Source: an uncultured Fibrobacterota bacterium (GTDB taxonomy: Bacteria; Fibrobacterota; Chitinivibrionia; Chitinivibrionales; FEN-1185). From it: a stretch of DNA of 64,000 nt. Every line of letters starts with the position of its first letter. Within the stretch, counting starts at the first letter, position 1. Shown here piece after piece: positions 20,278 through 30,795 of this stretch. Both the position numbers and the translations under genes were made by a program. The notes beneath the pieces were generated by a model that made no database searches, was not told where the DNA came from, and saw nothing but the letters and a program-made list of their open reading frames with translations. Location of the stretch: assembly GCA_963753345.1 (NCBI GenBank), contig CAVWBU010000019.1:103157-167156 (forward strand), in the 5' to 3' direction.

Positions 20278-20480
20278 GTGAAGAGGTCTCCCTTGGATGA
20301 AAAACCGAAATTCCCTCATCCTTATTTGAAAATAAAATAGGAATTTGGCCCACGCCTGTCAAACAATACCCCCTTCCTTTGTTTCAGAGGCAACCACCTC
20401 CTCCATATCATATATTTTGCTTTGATCATGTCGATATTGTCCTTGTTGTGCGATCGGATTTTCCCATTTCAAGGGGTTCC

Positions 20481-21533
20481 ATGGCGAAAGTGATATCCGT
20501 CGGCCTCGTCGGCTACGGCATTGCCGGTCGCGTATTTCATGCGCCGCTTATTTCATCCGTTCACGGCCTGCGCCTTGTCTCGGTGGTGGAGCGCCATGGC
20601 GAGACTTCGCGCGATCGATACCCGGACGTTGCAGTTGTCAAGGACGCTTTCGAGCTCTTCCGTGATGAAGGCATTGAGCTTGTGGTGATTGCCACGCCCA
20701 ACACCGCACATTACGAGCTTGCCCGCGCCGCGCTGCTTGCAGGGAAGCACGTTGTGGTGGATAAACCGTTTACGGTATTGTCAAGCGAGGCCCGGGAGCT
20801 AATAGAATTTGCCAAGAACCAACAAAGAATCCTGAGCGTGTTCCAGAACAGGCGGTGGGACGGCGATTTTCTCACCGTCTCCGAAATCGTCCGCGCACAA
20901 CGCCTGGGCCGTCTGGCTGAGTTTGCGTCGAGTTTCGACCGCTTTCGGCCCGGGCTCAAGCCGGGCGCGTGGCGCGAGCAGCCCGGTCCGGGTGCGGGAT
21001 TGCTGTACGACCTCGGACCGCATCTCATTGACCAGGCGCTCGTGCTGTTCGGCATGCCGAAGTCGCTGCGCGCCGACATCAGGATAGAACGCGACAACAG
21101 CACGACCGATGACCGGTTCGAGGTCGTGCTGAAGTACGAAACGCTCGCGGTGACGCTCGGGGCAGGCATGCTGGCGCGCGAGCCGCGGCCCCGGTTTATG
21201 CTCCGCGGCACGCGGGGCTCGTTTGTCAAGAACGGCCTTGACCCCCAGGAAGATGCACTGCGGCGGGGCGGGACGCCGCACGACAGGGGCTGGGGCGTGG
21301 AGGAGCCGGCGCGATGGGGAACAATTGATACGAGCGACGGCCCGAAGGGGCGGCGGGAGACAGTGGCAACGCTGCCAGGGCAATACCAGTCGTTCTACGA
21401 AAATGTTTATGATGCGATTGTCAACGGCGCGGCGCTGGTCGTGACGCCGGAACAGGCACGGGACGTTGTACGGATCATAGAACTCGCGATGGAGAGCAGC
21501 CGGGAGGGAAGAACGGTGGAGGTGCCCGCATGA
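20481..21533 (+). CDS. Gfo/Idh/MocA family oxidoreductase (YdgJ/IolW-like)
   Basis: GLVGYGIAG, VVVDKPF, FQNRRWDGDF, LYDLGPHLIDQ. Confidence 0.9.
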   Translation: MAKVISVGLVGYGIAGRVFHAPLISSVHGLRLVSVVERHGETSRDRYPDVAVVKDAFELFRDEGIELVVIATPNTAHYELARAALLAGKHVVVDKPFTVLSSEARELIEFAKNQQRILSVFQNRRWDGDFLTVSEIVRAQRLGRLAEFASSFDRFRPGLKPGAWREQPGPGAGLLYDLGPHLIDQALVLFGMPKSLRADIRIERDNSTTDDRFEVVLKYETLAVTLGAGMLAREPRPRFMLRGTRGSFVKNGLDPQEDALRRGGTPHDRGWGVEEPARWGTIDTSDGPKGRRETVATLPGQYQSFYENVYDAIVNGAALVVTPEQARDVVRIIELAMESSREGRTVEVPA

Positions 21534-22514
21534 AGGTGTTGAACCGCGTTTTTCCCGTTGCCCTCCTGCTCCTCGCGACCGCCGCATCGGCAGGCCCGCT
21601 TGCCGGATTCCCTTCCGGTACAGGGGCATTTTTCCCAGAACGGCCAGCCCGTGTCCCGATTCAAGGTCGAGCGGTTTCTCCTCGCACATGATTCCAGCGC
21701 CGACTTGCCGACCGTTCGCTGGGGTACAAATGGAGCGGCCATGCCGTGGGCGCGCTGCTGTGGTGCGTCGACATAGGCATTGCGGCGTACGAGATCAAGG
21801 GAATCTATGACGCCATAAAGAACGAAAGCATTCTCGACACCAACGGGATACGGCAGCCGTACTCCAACAGTCTTTACAAATTCACCATACCGCTCACCAT
21901 AGGGACCGAGGTTGCGTCGTTCATCCAGGAGCGGTTGTACGTCCGCTCGGACTATCTTCTTCACAAGGCGGCGCTTGCGTTCAACGAGTCTGTTGCAAGA
22001 AAAGCTTCGCCGGGCTCGTTGTTTGACCTTCGTATTGACAAATCGGGATTCGGCTCGTACCGGCAGGGCGGCCTCACGTTCGGCGATCCGGTGCTCGACG
22101 GCATTCTCCTGGGAGCAGCCGGCATCAGCGGCGCGCGCCGCCTGGTCGTGGGTGCTCAAGGAAACCGGCATCCAGGTCGGCTCTTGGGGCGGGATGTATG
22201 TCGGACTTGCCCTGTTTTCGTACCTTGAGGAAATGCAGGGCGACACGACCCTTGCCATCGACAAAAGGGCGCGGGCTGCGAACCTGACCATCGGCGTGAG
22301 CCTCATTGCGGGCAGCATTGTCTGCGCGATTGTTTCGTCGGTGATAAGAAACAAGGGGATCGAGAAGTACAACGAGGCGATGGCAATGCGGCCCGCGGCC
22401 GCGGTGCAGTCGTCGCCGCCGCAGAAGGCAGTGCCTCTACCGGATTCTTCCGGATCAGGCATTTCGGAGTTGCCGAAGAAGACGTTGACCGATACCGCTT
22501 CGTCAGGAAAATAG
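21530..22514 (+). CDS. hypothetical membrane protein, frameshifted
   Basis: Overlapping coding-like fragments 21558-21776, 21746-22228 and 21912-22514 with repeated hydrophobic segments. Confidence 0.55.
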
Positions 22515-22546
22515 ATGACGAAGTGCGTTCACCTGCAGGTTGCTTC

Positions 22547-23704
22547 CTAGCCGCTTGCGCCGTGCTCCAGGTCTGCAATAATATCCTCCATAGCCTCCAG
22601 TCCCACCGAAAGCCTCAGCAGCAGGTCGGTAATCCCGAGTTCCGCGCGCACCTGCGCAGGCATTGCGGCATGCGACATGCGCGCCGGATAGGAGAGGATG
22701 CTCTCCACGCCGCCCAGGCTCACGGCGACCGATAGCATGCGCACCGAGGAAAGGAGCCGGTTCAGGCGCTCCTGCGAATCGAGGGTGAAGGAGACAACGC
22801 AGCCGAAACCGGAGGCTTGACGCATAAGAACGTCGCGTCCCGGATGGCCCGCAAGTCCCGGGTAGAAGACGCGGGTGACCCACGGCTGCCGTTCGAGCCA
22901 TTCTGCCACCTTGACCGCCGTTTCCTGCTGGCATTTCATCCGCGGCGCAAGGGTTTTGATGCCGCGCAGCAGCAGCCATGAGTTTTCCGGGCTCAGCACG
23001 GCGCCGCAGGTGTTCTGGACAAATCGGACCGCCGGTGCGTGCTCGCCGGTTCGCGTAACCACTGCGCCGGCGATGAGATCGCTGTGCCCCCCAAGGAATT
23101 TTGTCCCGCTGTGGATGCTGATGTCCATACCGTGTTCGAAGGGCCTCAGAAAGTACGGGGAGAGAAAGGTGTTGTCGATCATGGTTATGATGCCGCGCTC
23201 TTTTGCTATTTTGGCGTGGGCCGCGAGGTCGGTGATCTTGAGCAGGGGGTTGGACGGACTTTCCAGAAACAGCACGCGGGTGCCGGGCCGTATCGCTGCA
23301 ACAGTGTTCTTGGGATCGGTTGTGTCGGCAAAGGTGCAGGTCACGCCGAATTTCGGCAGAAATTCGCTCAGGAAGCGGTAGCTCCCGCCGTAGAGGTCGC
23401 GCGTTGCGACGACATGATCGCCAGCCTTGACAAATGCGGTAACCGCCGCATGGATGGCCGCCATGCCCGAGGCGAACGCGAAGCCCGCGGCGCCGCCTTC
23501 GAGCGCCGCCAGGGTCTGTTCCAGCGCCTTGCGCGTGGGGTTGCCCGAGCGTCCGTAGTCGAACTCCTGCCGCTTCGAGACGTCTTTCTGGCGGTACGTT
23601 GACGCAGGGTAAATCGGCATGCTCAGCGCGCCTGTGGCCTCGTCGAAGGCGCCTGCGGCGTGCAAAATGGACGAGTCGTAGTGCAGCAATTCTTCATTGT
23701 TCAT
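22547..23704 (-). CDS. PLP trans-sulfuration enzyme (cystathionine gamma-synthase/beta-lyase)
   Basis: YGRSGNPTR, ESPSNPLL, HSGTKFLGGHSD, SLGGVES. Confidence 0.9.
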   Translation of the reverse strand: MNNEELLHYDSSILHAAGAFDEATGALSMPIYPASTYRQKDVSKRQEFDYGRSGNPTRKALEQTLAALEGGAAGFAFASGMAAIHAAVTAFVKAGDHVVATRDLYGGSYRFLSEFLPKFGVTCTFADTTDPKNTVAAIRPGTRVLFLESPSNPLLKITDLAAHAKIAKERGIITMIDNTFLSPYFLRPFEHGMDISIHSGTKFLGGHSDLIAGAVVTRTGEHAPAVRFVQNTCGAVLSPENSWLLLRGIKTLAPRMKCQQETAVKVAEWLERQPWVTRVFYPGLAGHPGRDVLMRQASGFGCVVSFTLDSQERLNRLLSSVRMLSVAVSLGGVESILSYPARMSHAAMPAQVRAELGITDLLLRLSVGLEAMEDIIADLEHGASG

Positions 23705-23761
23705 GGGGTCACTCCGATTGTGATATTTGTCAACAGGCGGGATGTTTTTTCCCTATACAAT

Positions 23762-24064
23762 CTACGGCACCAGTCCGGCAAGTCCCCGTGACGCGGTATA
23801 GGCCGTGCCGATTCCGCTCAGGTGAATCGCGACTCGAATTGCCTCAACGATTTCCTGCTTTGTTGCGCCTGCCGCCAGCGCCGCGCCCGCAAGAGCCGTG
23901 ACTCCCTGGTCTGCTCCGTGCGCGGCATCGAATGCCATGGCAATGATGAGCTTGATCTTCCTCGGCAATGCGCCGTCGGCATACACAAAAGCGTCGGACA
24001 GCTTCAGATGATTCTGCAGGTCTGGATCGAGTTTGAAAAGCGGAGCGAGGGGATGGTCGGCCAT
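23762..24064 (-). CDS. carboxymuconolactone decarboxylase family protein
   Basis: DGALPRKIKLIIAMA, AGATKQEIVEA. Confidence 0.8.
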   Translation of the reverse strand: MADHPLAPLFKLDPDLQNHLKLSDAFVYADGALPRKIKLIIAMAFDAAHGADQGVTALAGAALAAGATKQEIVEAIRVAIHLSGIGTAYTASRGLAGLVP

Positions 24065-24245
24065 GGAATTGCTCCTGAGGAATAAAGGACTGAGTATATT
24101 TACTGTACCCTCGTCGAGGTTTATACAAAATACATTGTTATTTCATGCCGAGGCTTTTCTCCGGGCCACTGCATGCTGTGGTGCAGCATCGCGGAGGCGC
24201 TGTGGCGGCCTCTGCGGTCGTTGCTTTTCAAAAAGAGGATTTTTC

Positions 24246-25052
24246 TTGGCTCAGAATCCGATATTTCATCGGCTCGAGCTCATCACCGGTTCGGACGGGC
24301 TCAAGGCACTTGCAAAGACAAGGGTGATTGTGTTCGGCATCGGCGGGGTGGGGAGCTGGGCCGCGGAAGCACTGGTCCGGTCCGGGGTGGGCGCGATAAT
24401 GCTGGTCGACCCGGACGTCGTAGGCCGCACCAACATCAACCGCCAGCTGCAGGCCACCACGGCGAGCGTGGGAAGACCCAAGGTCCTTGAGCTTGCCGAG
24501 CGGATGCGGCTCATCAACCCGTCTGCGACCATCATTCCTTTACAGAAGACATTTACGAGGACAACCGGGGGCGAGTTTGATCTGGGGAGCTTCGGCTACG
24601 TCATCGACGCCATCGACAGCCTCAGCAACAAGGTGGACCTCATCATTGCCTCATGCAAAGCAGGCGCCAGAGTGTTCTCGGCGCTGGGCGCGTCCAACAA
24701 GCTCGATCCGCTTCAGATCCGCGTGGACTCGCTGTGGAACTCGCAAGGCTGTCCGCTGGGCAGGTACATCCGCAAGCTCCTCAGGAGAAAAGGGTTTGCC
24801 GGTGACGTCACCTGCGTTTACAGTGAAGAAAACCTTCCCCTGCAGTCCGTGGGAGACGCAAGCGGCGAACACGGTTGCCCGTCTGTCAAGGCCGAAACGG
24901 GCGCGGCTGCGCCCCCGTTCGAACGGCGCAGCGGAAAGAAACAAATCAACGGGTCCGCGGTCCATGTGACGGGCACGTTCGGTTTTTGTCTTGCCGGCCT
25001 CGTGGTCCGGGACGTGCTCGGCGGCCTCCCGAGGCAGCCGGAAACAAGGTGA
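24246..25052 (+). CDS. tcdA: tRNA threonylcarbamoyladenosine dehydratase (ThiF family)
   Basis: GIGGVGSWAAEAL, TNINRQ, CPL..YIRK, CVYSEE; AGAGGA RBS before TTG. Confidence 0.85.
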   Translation: MAQNPIFHRLELITGSDGLKALAKTRVIVFGIGGVGSWAAEALVRSGVGAIMLVDPDVVGRTNINRQLQATTASVGRPKVLELAERMRLINPSATIIPLQKTFTRTTGGEFDLGSFGYVIDAIDSLSNKVDLIIASCKAGARVFSALGASNKLDPLQIRVDSLWNSQGCPLGRYIRKLLRRKGFAGDVTCVYSEENLPLQSVGDASGEHGCPSVKAETGAAAPPFERRSGKKQINGSAVHVTGTFGFCLAGLVVRDVLGGLPRQPETR

Positions 25053-25220
25053 AAACCTCCTGTCGCGCAAAGGGCTGCTCGTTTCTCAATGCCAACCGAC
25101 TATGATTGTTTTTTTCTCGCTTTGTTTTTTGCAGATTAGTATAATTATTATTCGTGCTTCGGCGCCGAGCCGTGTTCTTGCGGGGCCTGCGCAGGATGAA
25201 GAATCGCAACCGGAGAGGCT

Positions 25221-26060
25221 ATGCATATTCGCTGCTGGGGTTCCCGTGGATCGCTGCCGGTGAGCGGGAATCAATTTAACCGCTATGGCGGCGAAACTTC
25301 ATGTCTCGAAATCCGCTCGAGGAAAGGCGACGTCATCGTGGTCGACGCGGGAACCGGGATCCGGGGTCTCGGCAACAAGCTTGTGCGCGCAAAGATTCCG
25401 CGGTTCCACATGGTCTTCACGCACACGCATCTCGACCATATCGTGGGCTTCCCGCTGTTTGCCCCCATGCACCAAAAAGGCACCGACATCACCATCCACG
25501 GCCGCAGCTTTGATGCGCATTCGTTCCGGGAGACGCTGAGCGGCCTCATGCGTCCCCCGTATTTTCCCGTGGACCTCGGATCGGTTGCTTCAACCTTGCA
25601 TTTTGAGGACATTGGGGACGAACCGTTTTCCATCGGCGGCGTTGCCATCCGTCCCATCCGCCTTTCGCATCCCAACGGCGGCCTTGGATTCAGGTTCGAG
25701 GAAGGTGCTTCGAGCTTTGTGTTTCTCACCGACAACGAACTTGCGTTTTGTCATCCCGGCGGCCGCAAGCCCGGCGATTATGCCGAGTTTTCGCAGGGGG
25801 CCGACCTTCTCATCCATGATGCGGAATTCTCGACGCGGGACTATCCGCTGACCCGCTCTTTCGGGCATTCGCTGTTTTCCGACGCCGTGAGACTTGGCAT
25901 GGAGGCCGGGGTCGGGCGGTTCGGGATGTTTCATCATAACCGCGAGCGCACCGACAGCCAGGTGGACGCGATGGTGGAGGCTTCGAGAACGATCGTGAAG
26001 AAAAACAATGCCCGCATGAATTGTTTTGCGGTGGGGAATTCTTTTGATATCACCCTGTAG
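25221..26060 (+). CDS. MBL-fold metallo-hydrolase
   Basis: WGSRGS, THTHLDH, TDNE. Confidence 0.9.
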   Translation: MHIRCWGSRGSLPVSGNQFNRYGGETSCLEIRSRKGDVIVVDAGTGIRGLGNKLVRAKIPRFHMVFTHTHLDHIVGFPLFAPMHQKGTDITIHGRSFDAHSFRETLSGLMRPPYFPVDLGSVASTLHFEDIGDEPFSIGGVAIRPIRLSHPNGGLGFRFEEGASSFVFLTDNELAFCHPGGRKPGDYAEFSQGADLLIHDAEFSTRDYPLTRSFGHSLFSDAVRLGMEAGVGRFGMFHHNRERTDSQVDAMVEASRTIVKKNNARMNCFAVGNSFDITL

Positions 26061-26078
26061 CCGCGCGCGGCCCGGGAC

Positions 26079-26732
26079 ATGCCCACAGCACCAGAACAGG
26101 AGGACAGCGTGAGATTAATGTACACCTTCGGCGCCCTGCCGCTTGCAGCGGCGCTCCTTGCCGCTTCCTGCTCGCCCCCAATTCTGTATTCGGCGGCGAG
26201 CATACCCGAGGTGAAACCCGTGGCAGGCAAGGCGCTGGTGGTGGTGGTGTGCCCGATGCCGAAGACCGAGGCAGCGTACAACGCCGAGAAGCTGAGCACC
26301 ATTTTTGTTGACGGCGCATTCGGCGCCGTCACCGCCGACAACACCGTCGCGCAGTTCACGGTGGAGAGCGGTTCCCATTACGTGATGGCGCGCATTGACA
26401 ACGTGGCAACAATCCGCCTCAACTTTCTGCCGGGAAAGGTGTACTACCTTGTCCAGAAGAACTCTTCGGTGCGGGTGACGGCGCCCACGCCGGGAGCGGG
26501 CGCGCCGTCCGGCGGCCTCACGCGCGTGCAGACCTCGATCGCTGTTGCCGGCCCGGACGAGTTTGCGGCGGTCATGAAGACTCCGGGGATCCGGTTTGTG
26601 AAGTATGCGCAATCGAAGCCGCCCGCGAATCTGGATCCCATGGCCAAGAAGGCGCACATGGCGGCATACGAGTTCTGGGCAAAGTCCAAGCCGGAGCTCG
26701 CCAAAGTGCTGGACGAATATCCGGGGTACTAG
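26079..26732 (+). CDS. hypothetical lipoprotein
   Basis: LLAASC lipobox; start uncertain. Confidence 0.65.
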   Translation: MPTAPEQEDSVRLMYTFGALPLAAALLAASCSPPILYSAASIPEVKPVAGKALVVVVCPMPKTEAAYNAEKLSTIFVDGAFGAVTADNTVAQFTVESGSHYVMARIDNVATIRLNFLPGKVYYLVQKNSSVRVTAPTPGAGAPSGGLTRVQTSIAVAGPDEFAAVMKTPGIRFVKYAQSKPPANLDPMAKKAHMAAYEFWAKSKPELAKVLDEYPGY

Positions 26733-26769
26733 AGCGCGGGTCGGGCCGCGCAGTTGGGGGGGATGAATC

Positions 26770-27036
26770 ATGAACAGGAGAGACCTTGCGGCGGTTGTCG
26801 CAAAGGACACGGGCATCACAAAGTCGCTTGCGGACAAGGCGGTGGAATCGGTGCTTGCCGCGATCCGCAGGAATGCGAAACGCGGGGTCCAGCTTGTGGG
26901 CTTCGGGAGTTTCACGGCGGTAAAGAGACGGGCGCGCAATGGCCGCAATCCGCAGACCGGCGCGGCGTTCACCGTAAAGGCGTGCAACGTGATCAAGTTC
27001 AGGCCGGGGACGGAATTTAAAAAGCTGGTAAACTAG
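26770..27036 (+). CDS. hup: HU family DNA-binding protein
   Basis: VQLVGFGSF...RNGRNPQTG. Confidence 0.93.
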   Translation: MNRRDLAAVVAKDTGITKSLADKAVESVLAAIRRNAKRGVQLVGFGSFTAVKRRARNGRNPQTGAAFTVKACNVIKFRPGTEFKKLVN

Positions 27037-27055
27037 GCTAATAATATAAAGAGCT

Positions 27056-27206
27056 GGGCGTTACCTTCGCCTTCGTCAAGACTCAGGCTCAGGTCGGTCT
27101 CCCTCCGGGCTCGGCCGTTCGGCCTCGTTGCCGCCTGCCACAAGGGCCCTTCGGGCCGTGGTCAGGCGACAATGCGCTCTGGCGCACCCTCCGGTCCACC
27201 TAACGC
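27056..27206 (-). repeat. structured intergenic repeat family A, copy 3
   Basis: Plus strand GGGCGTTACC...GGTCGGTCTCCCTCCGGGCTCGG...GGTCCACCTAACGC is the reverse complement of the copy 2 architecture. Confidence 0.85.
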
Positions 27207-27330
27207 AAAAGTCAAGGGAATCATCTTCTCTAACTATTACTCCCCATGACATTGTTGGATGGGTTGTTGTATTTTAGGTCTGATTTCACCAATGTTCTTC
27301 TGCACCCTAGATCAAATCGCTAGATTTCCA

Positions 27331-29484
27331 ATGAAGAAAATCATCATCATTTCAATCATTCTTACTGCTTTTTTCTTTGCAGCAGCATCTGCCGAAAACG
27401 GCGATTCCGCAATCTTTCCCGTTCCCGACCTTCTCAAGGACAACGTCGCCTTTTGGAAGAAGGTGTACGGCGAGCTCTCCGTCAACGAAGGCGTGCTTCA
27501 CGACAGGGAATACCCGATGGTCATTTACAAGAGACTCGACCTCGGGCAGCGCAGCGGGTTCGGCCAGGCAAGGTACATCGAAAGCGAGAGGCTCGCGCTT
27601 GCAAGGAAACTTGACGCCATCGGTGCCCAGCCCGAATCGACGTTTACGGATGAGGAAAAGGACATCGCGCAGGCGGTGTCGGAGCATGCGCCCGCGGGTG
27701 CGCTTGCCGGCGCCGGGGAACGGATACGGTTCCAGCAGGGACAGAAGGAACGGTTCAGGGAAGGCCTGCAGCGTTCAACGGCCTTTATCGACACCATACG
27801 CGCGATTTTTGCCGCGCACGGGATTCCTCCCGATCTCGCGTACCTGCCGCACGTGGAATCGTCGTTCAACACCGAAGCCTATTCGAAAGTGGGCGCCGCG
27901 GGCCTGTGGCAGTTTATGCGCGGGACGGGAAGGCTTTTCCTTAAAATCAATTATCTCATCGACGAGCGGCGCGATCCCATCGCCGCGACCGCCGCCGCGG
28001 CGCGGCTTCTTAGGCAGAACTACGACCAGCTGCAGTCGTGGCCGCTTGCTGTCACGGCGTACAACCATGGCGTCAACGGCATGAAGCGCGCCGTGGAGGT
28101 CGCGGGGTCGCGCGACATTGCCGTGGTCATTGCGCGCTACAGCAGCCCGTCATTCCAGTTTGCATCGAAGAATTTCTACGCCTGCTTTCTCGCGGCAAGC
28201 GACATAGCGAAACATCCGGAAGCCTTCTTCGTCGCTTTGCATTTTGCGCCCCGCTACGAGTTCCGCACCCTGGTGCTGCCGTCGTTCATGAAACCTGCCG
28301 TGGTGTGCAGGTATCTCAACATTTCCCAGACGACGCTCATGGATTACAATCCCGCGCTGCGTCCCGTGGTGTTTTTCCAGCAGAAGGAGATTCCCTCAGG
28401 CTTTACAATAAGGATTCCTCCGGAACTGCGGCTGCCCGAGGCGGAAAAGGCGCTCGCCGCGGTGCCCGATTCGCTCAAGAGCGACGCGCCCGAGCGGCTG
28501 CAGTACTATAACGTCCAGAAGGGCGACAATCTCTATACCATCGCGGCGCGCATGGGCGTGCCCGTGGACCGGCTCGCGCTCGAAAACAGGATCACGCGCG
28601 GCGGCCGGATTTACGCAGGTCAGGTGCTGCGCGTGCCGTCGGCCGCGGAGGCGGTCGAGGTCGCCGCGGCGCAGCCCGACACCGTTGCGGCAGAGGCCCC
28701 GCAACAGGGGGCAATGGTCCCGCCGGCCGCCGAACCTGTGCCGCAACCGCTTGTCAAGAAGCCGTCACCACAGAAACCGTCCAGGCCTCAGGCGGCCGCG
28801 CGCGAGACGACAGCCGCGCCGCCCGCGCCTGCCCGCGAAGCCATTGCCGATTCGCTCCGGGATGCCGTGATGGCAAAGGCCGACACGCTGCCTGAGTTCG
28901 CGGCCGGGACACCGGTGGCGGCTCCCGCGTTCGACGTATCGGTATATACGCTGGAAACCACGCTTTCGCCGTCCGGCACCACCGCAGGAATTCGGGTGTC
29001 GGTCGACGAGACCATAGGCCATTACGCGGACTGGCTCGGAGTCCCCACGTACCGCATCCGCGCACTTAACCGCCTCGGCCCGCACTCCGAGATTCGGATT
29101 GGCAGCGCGCTTTCCATCCCTGTCGACGCCGACAAGCTTGCCCATTTTGTAAAGGCTCGGCTCGAATACCACATGGCGCTTGAGGAGGATTTCTACGTGA
29201 GGTTCAAGGTCACCGATGTGCGGCAGAGGACCGTTCAGCGCGGCGAGGCGCTCTGGACAATATGCAGCGAGCCCGATCCAATCCCGCTCTGGCTGTTTGC
29301 AAAGTACAACAAGAACGCGGATCTTTCCACACTCATGCCCGGCATGCGCGTGCGCATCCCGGTCATCGAGGAAAAAACCGAGCGCGACATCGCCCTTGAA
29401 TCCGGCCAGGCCATCGGCATCTACCCGCCGTTCGAGGAGCCGGCCGGCAGGGGATTGGGAAAGCAGATTCAGCGAGTACCATAA
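27331..29484 (+). CDS. lytic murein transglycosylase with LysM domains (MltD-like)
   Basis: LPHVESSF, GAAGLWQFM, TAYNHG; LysM YNVQKGDNLY. Confidence 0.88.
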   Translation: MKKIIIISIILTAFFFAAASAENGDSAIFPVPDLLKDNVAFWKKVYGELSVNEGVLHDREYPMVIYKRLDLGQRSGFGQARYIESERLALARKLDAIGAQPESTFTDEEKDIAQAVSEHAPAGALAGAGERIRFQQGQKERFREGLQRSTAFIDTIRAIFAAHGIPPDLAYLPHVESSFNTEAYSKVGAAGLWQFMRGTGRLFLKINYLIDERRDPIAATAAAARLLRQNYDQLQSWPLAVTAYNHGVNGMKRAVEVAGSRDIAVVIARYSSPSFQFASKNFYACFLAASDIAKHPEAFFVALHFAPRYEFRTLVLPSFMKPAVVCRYLNISQTTLMDYNPALRPVVFFQQKEIPSGFTIRIPPELRLPEAEKALAAVPDSLKSDAPERLQYYNVQKGDNLYTIAARMGVPVDRLALENRITRGGRIYAGQVLRVPSAAEAVEVAAAQPDTVAAEAPQQGAMVPPAAEPVPQPLVKKPSPQKPSRPQAAARETTAAPPAPAREAIADSLRDAVMAKADTLPEFAAGTPVAAPAFDVSVYTLETTLSPSGTTAGIRVSVDETIGHYADWLGVPTYRIRALNRLGPHSEIRIGSALSIPVDADKLAHFVKARLEYHMALEEDFYVRFKVTDVRQRTVQRGEALWTICSEPDPIPLWLFAKYNKNADLSTLMPGMRVRIPVIEEKTERDIALESGQAIGIYPPFEEPAGRGLGKQIQRVP

Positions 29485-29513
29485 TCAATTCTACATTAGC
29501 TAGGGCATTTGGT

Positions 29514-29667
29514 GGGGGCACCGCTTCGCGTTTCCCCCTGGCCCCGAGCCTCCTCGCCCTCCGGGCTGCGGGGTCTCGGGGCACACCCCCTCCTGCGAAG
29601 GTGCGCGCCAATGTCACTCGCTTGACGCTCGCGAGTCGTCGCACCTTCGCAACGCATCCTCTGCGGA
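29514..29667. repeat. structured intergenic repeat family B, divergent copy
   Basis: GGGGG..CCCCC-T..CCTCCTCG-hairpin-TGCGG...ACCCCCTCC core followed by a long stem. Confidence 0.65.
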
Positions 29668-29772
29668 ATACCCCCTCCGCCTTCGGCACCTCCCCCTTGT
29701 TAAGGGGGAGATAAGAGAACTGTATTTCCCACATTCGAGAAGGTTCTTTTCAAGTGCGGCAATCGATCCTCT

Positions 29773-29940
29773 GCCCGCGCGTTAGGCAGGACTGGAGGTC
29801 CCGCCATAGCGGGATGCCGCCCGGACGCGGCCCTGTGGGCCATAGCGCCGTGGCGGCCCGAGGCCGAAGGCCGAGACCGGAAGGACGGCCGACCCTTTGT
29901 AGAGACGCACGGCCGTGCGTCTCTACAAAGGGGAACGCCC
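29773..29940 (+). repeat. structured intergenic repeat family A, copy 4 (contains a GTAG REP)
   Basis: GCGCGTTAGGCAGGACTGG...GAGGCCGAAGGCCGAGACC...GGAACGCCC. Confidence 0.85.
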
Positions 29941-29957
29941 AGATTCTCTATTTATAT

Positions 29958-30779
29958 TTACAAATTATTTACTATGTACTCGCGGGCATTGCGAAACAGC
30001 TGCGGGCCCATGCCCTCTTCAGGCAACTGCTCGCGGGTCCAGCGCGGGTGATTGGTGCGGTGGGTGTAGGCTTCGGGGTGGGGCATGAGGCCGAACAGCC
30101 GGCCCGAGGAATCACAGATGCCGGCAATTGACAGCTGCGAACCATTGGGATTGTCCGGGTATTTCATGGTGGGCTTCTGCGTGTCCGGGTCCATGTAGGA
30201 GAGAACAATCTGGTTGTGCTTTCTGAGTGCGTCGAGGACCTCGCTGTCGCGCGCCACGAATTTCCCCTCGCCGTGGCGCACCGGCAGGTAGATGACGTCT
30301 ATCCCTTTTGTGAAGACGCATGGCGACGCCGGATTTGCCTTGAGCCATACCCAGCGGTCCTCGAACCTGCCTGAGTCGTTGTTGGTGAGCGTCACCTGCT
30401 GGCTCACGACGCCGGAAAGCGACGGCAGGAGCCCGAGCTTCACCATGAGCTGGAAGCCGTTGCAGATGCCGAGCATGAGCCTGCCGTTCTTGATGAACGA
30501 CGTGAACTGCGAGAACAGCGGCACGCCGGTCTTCTTCACCACCGTGTGAAGCAGCCGGTTGGCCTGCGCCTTTGCCGACCCAAGGTCGTCGCCGTCGAGA
30601 AAACCGCCCGGCAGGCACAGAATGTCGTACGGGTCAAGCGACGCGTCGCCGTTCACAAGCTCCCACACCGTGACGATGTCCACGGTGTCGAACCCGCCCA
30701 GCCGGCAGGCGTGCGCGGTTTCCATTTCGCAGTTCGTGCCGTTCCCGGACAGAACAACTGCCGAGGTCTTTCTGCTCAC
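29958..30779 (-). CDS. purQ: phosphoribosylformylglycinamidine synthase, glutaminase subunit
   Basis: GTNCE, PGGF, GICNGFQ, MPHPE. Confidence 0.95.
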   Translation of the reverse strand: MSRKTSAVVLSGNGTNCEMETAHACRLGGFDTVDIVTVWELVNGDASLDPYDILCLPGGFLDGDDLGSAKAQANRLLHTVVKKTGVPLFSQFTSFIKNGRLMLGICNGFQLMVKLGLLPSLSGVVSQQVTLTNNDSGRFEDRWVWLKANPASPCVFTKGIDVIYLPVRHGEGKFVARDSEVLDALRKHNQIVLSYMDPDTQKPTMKYPDNPNGSQLSIAGICDSSGRLFGLMPHPEAYTHRTNHPRWTREQLPEEGMGPQLFRNAREYIVNNL

Positions 30780-30795
30780 GCCGAAATTCTCCTTA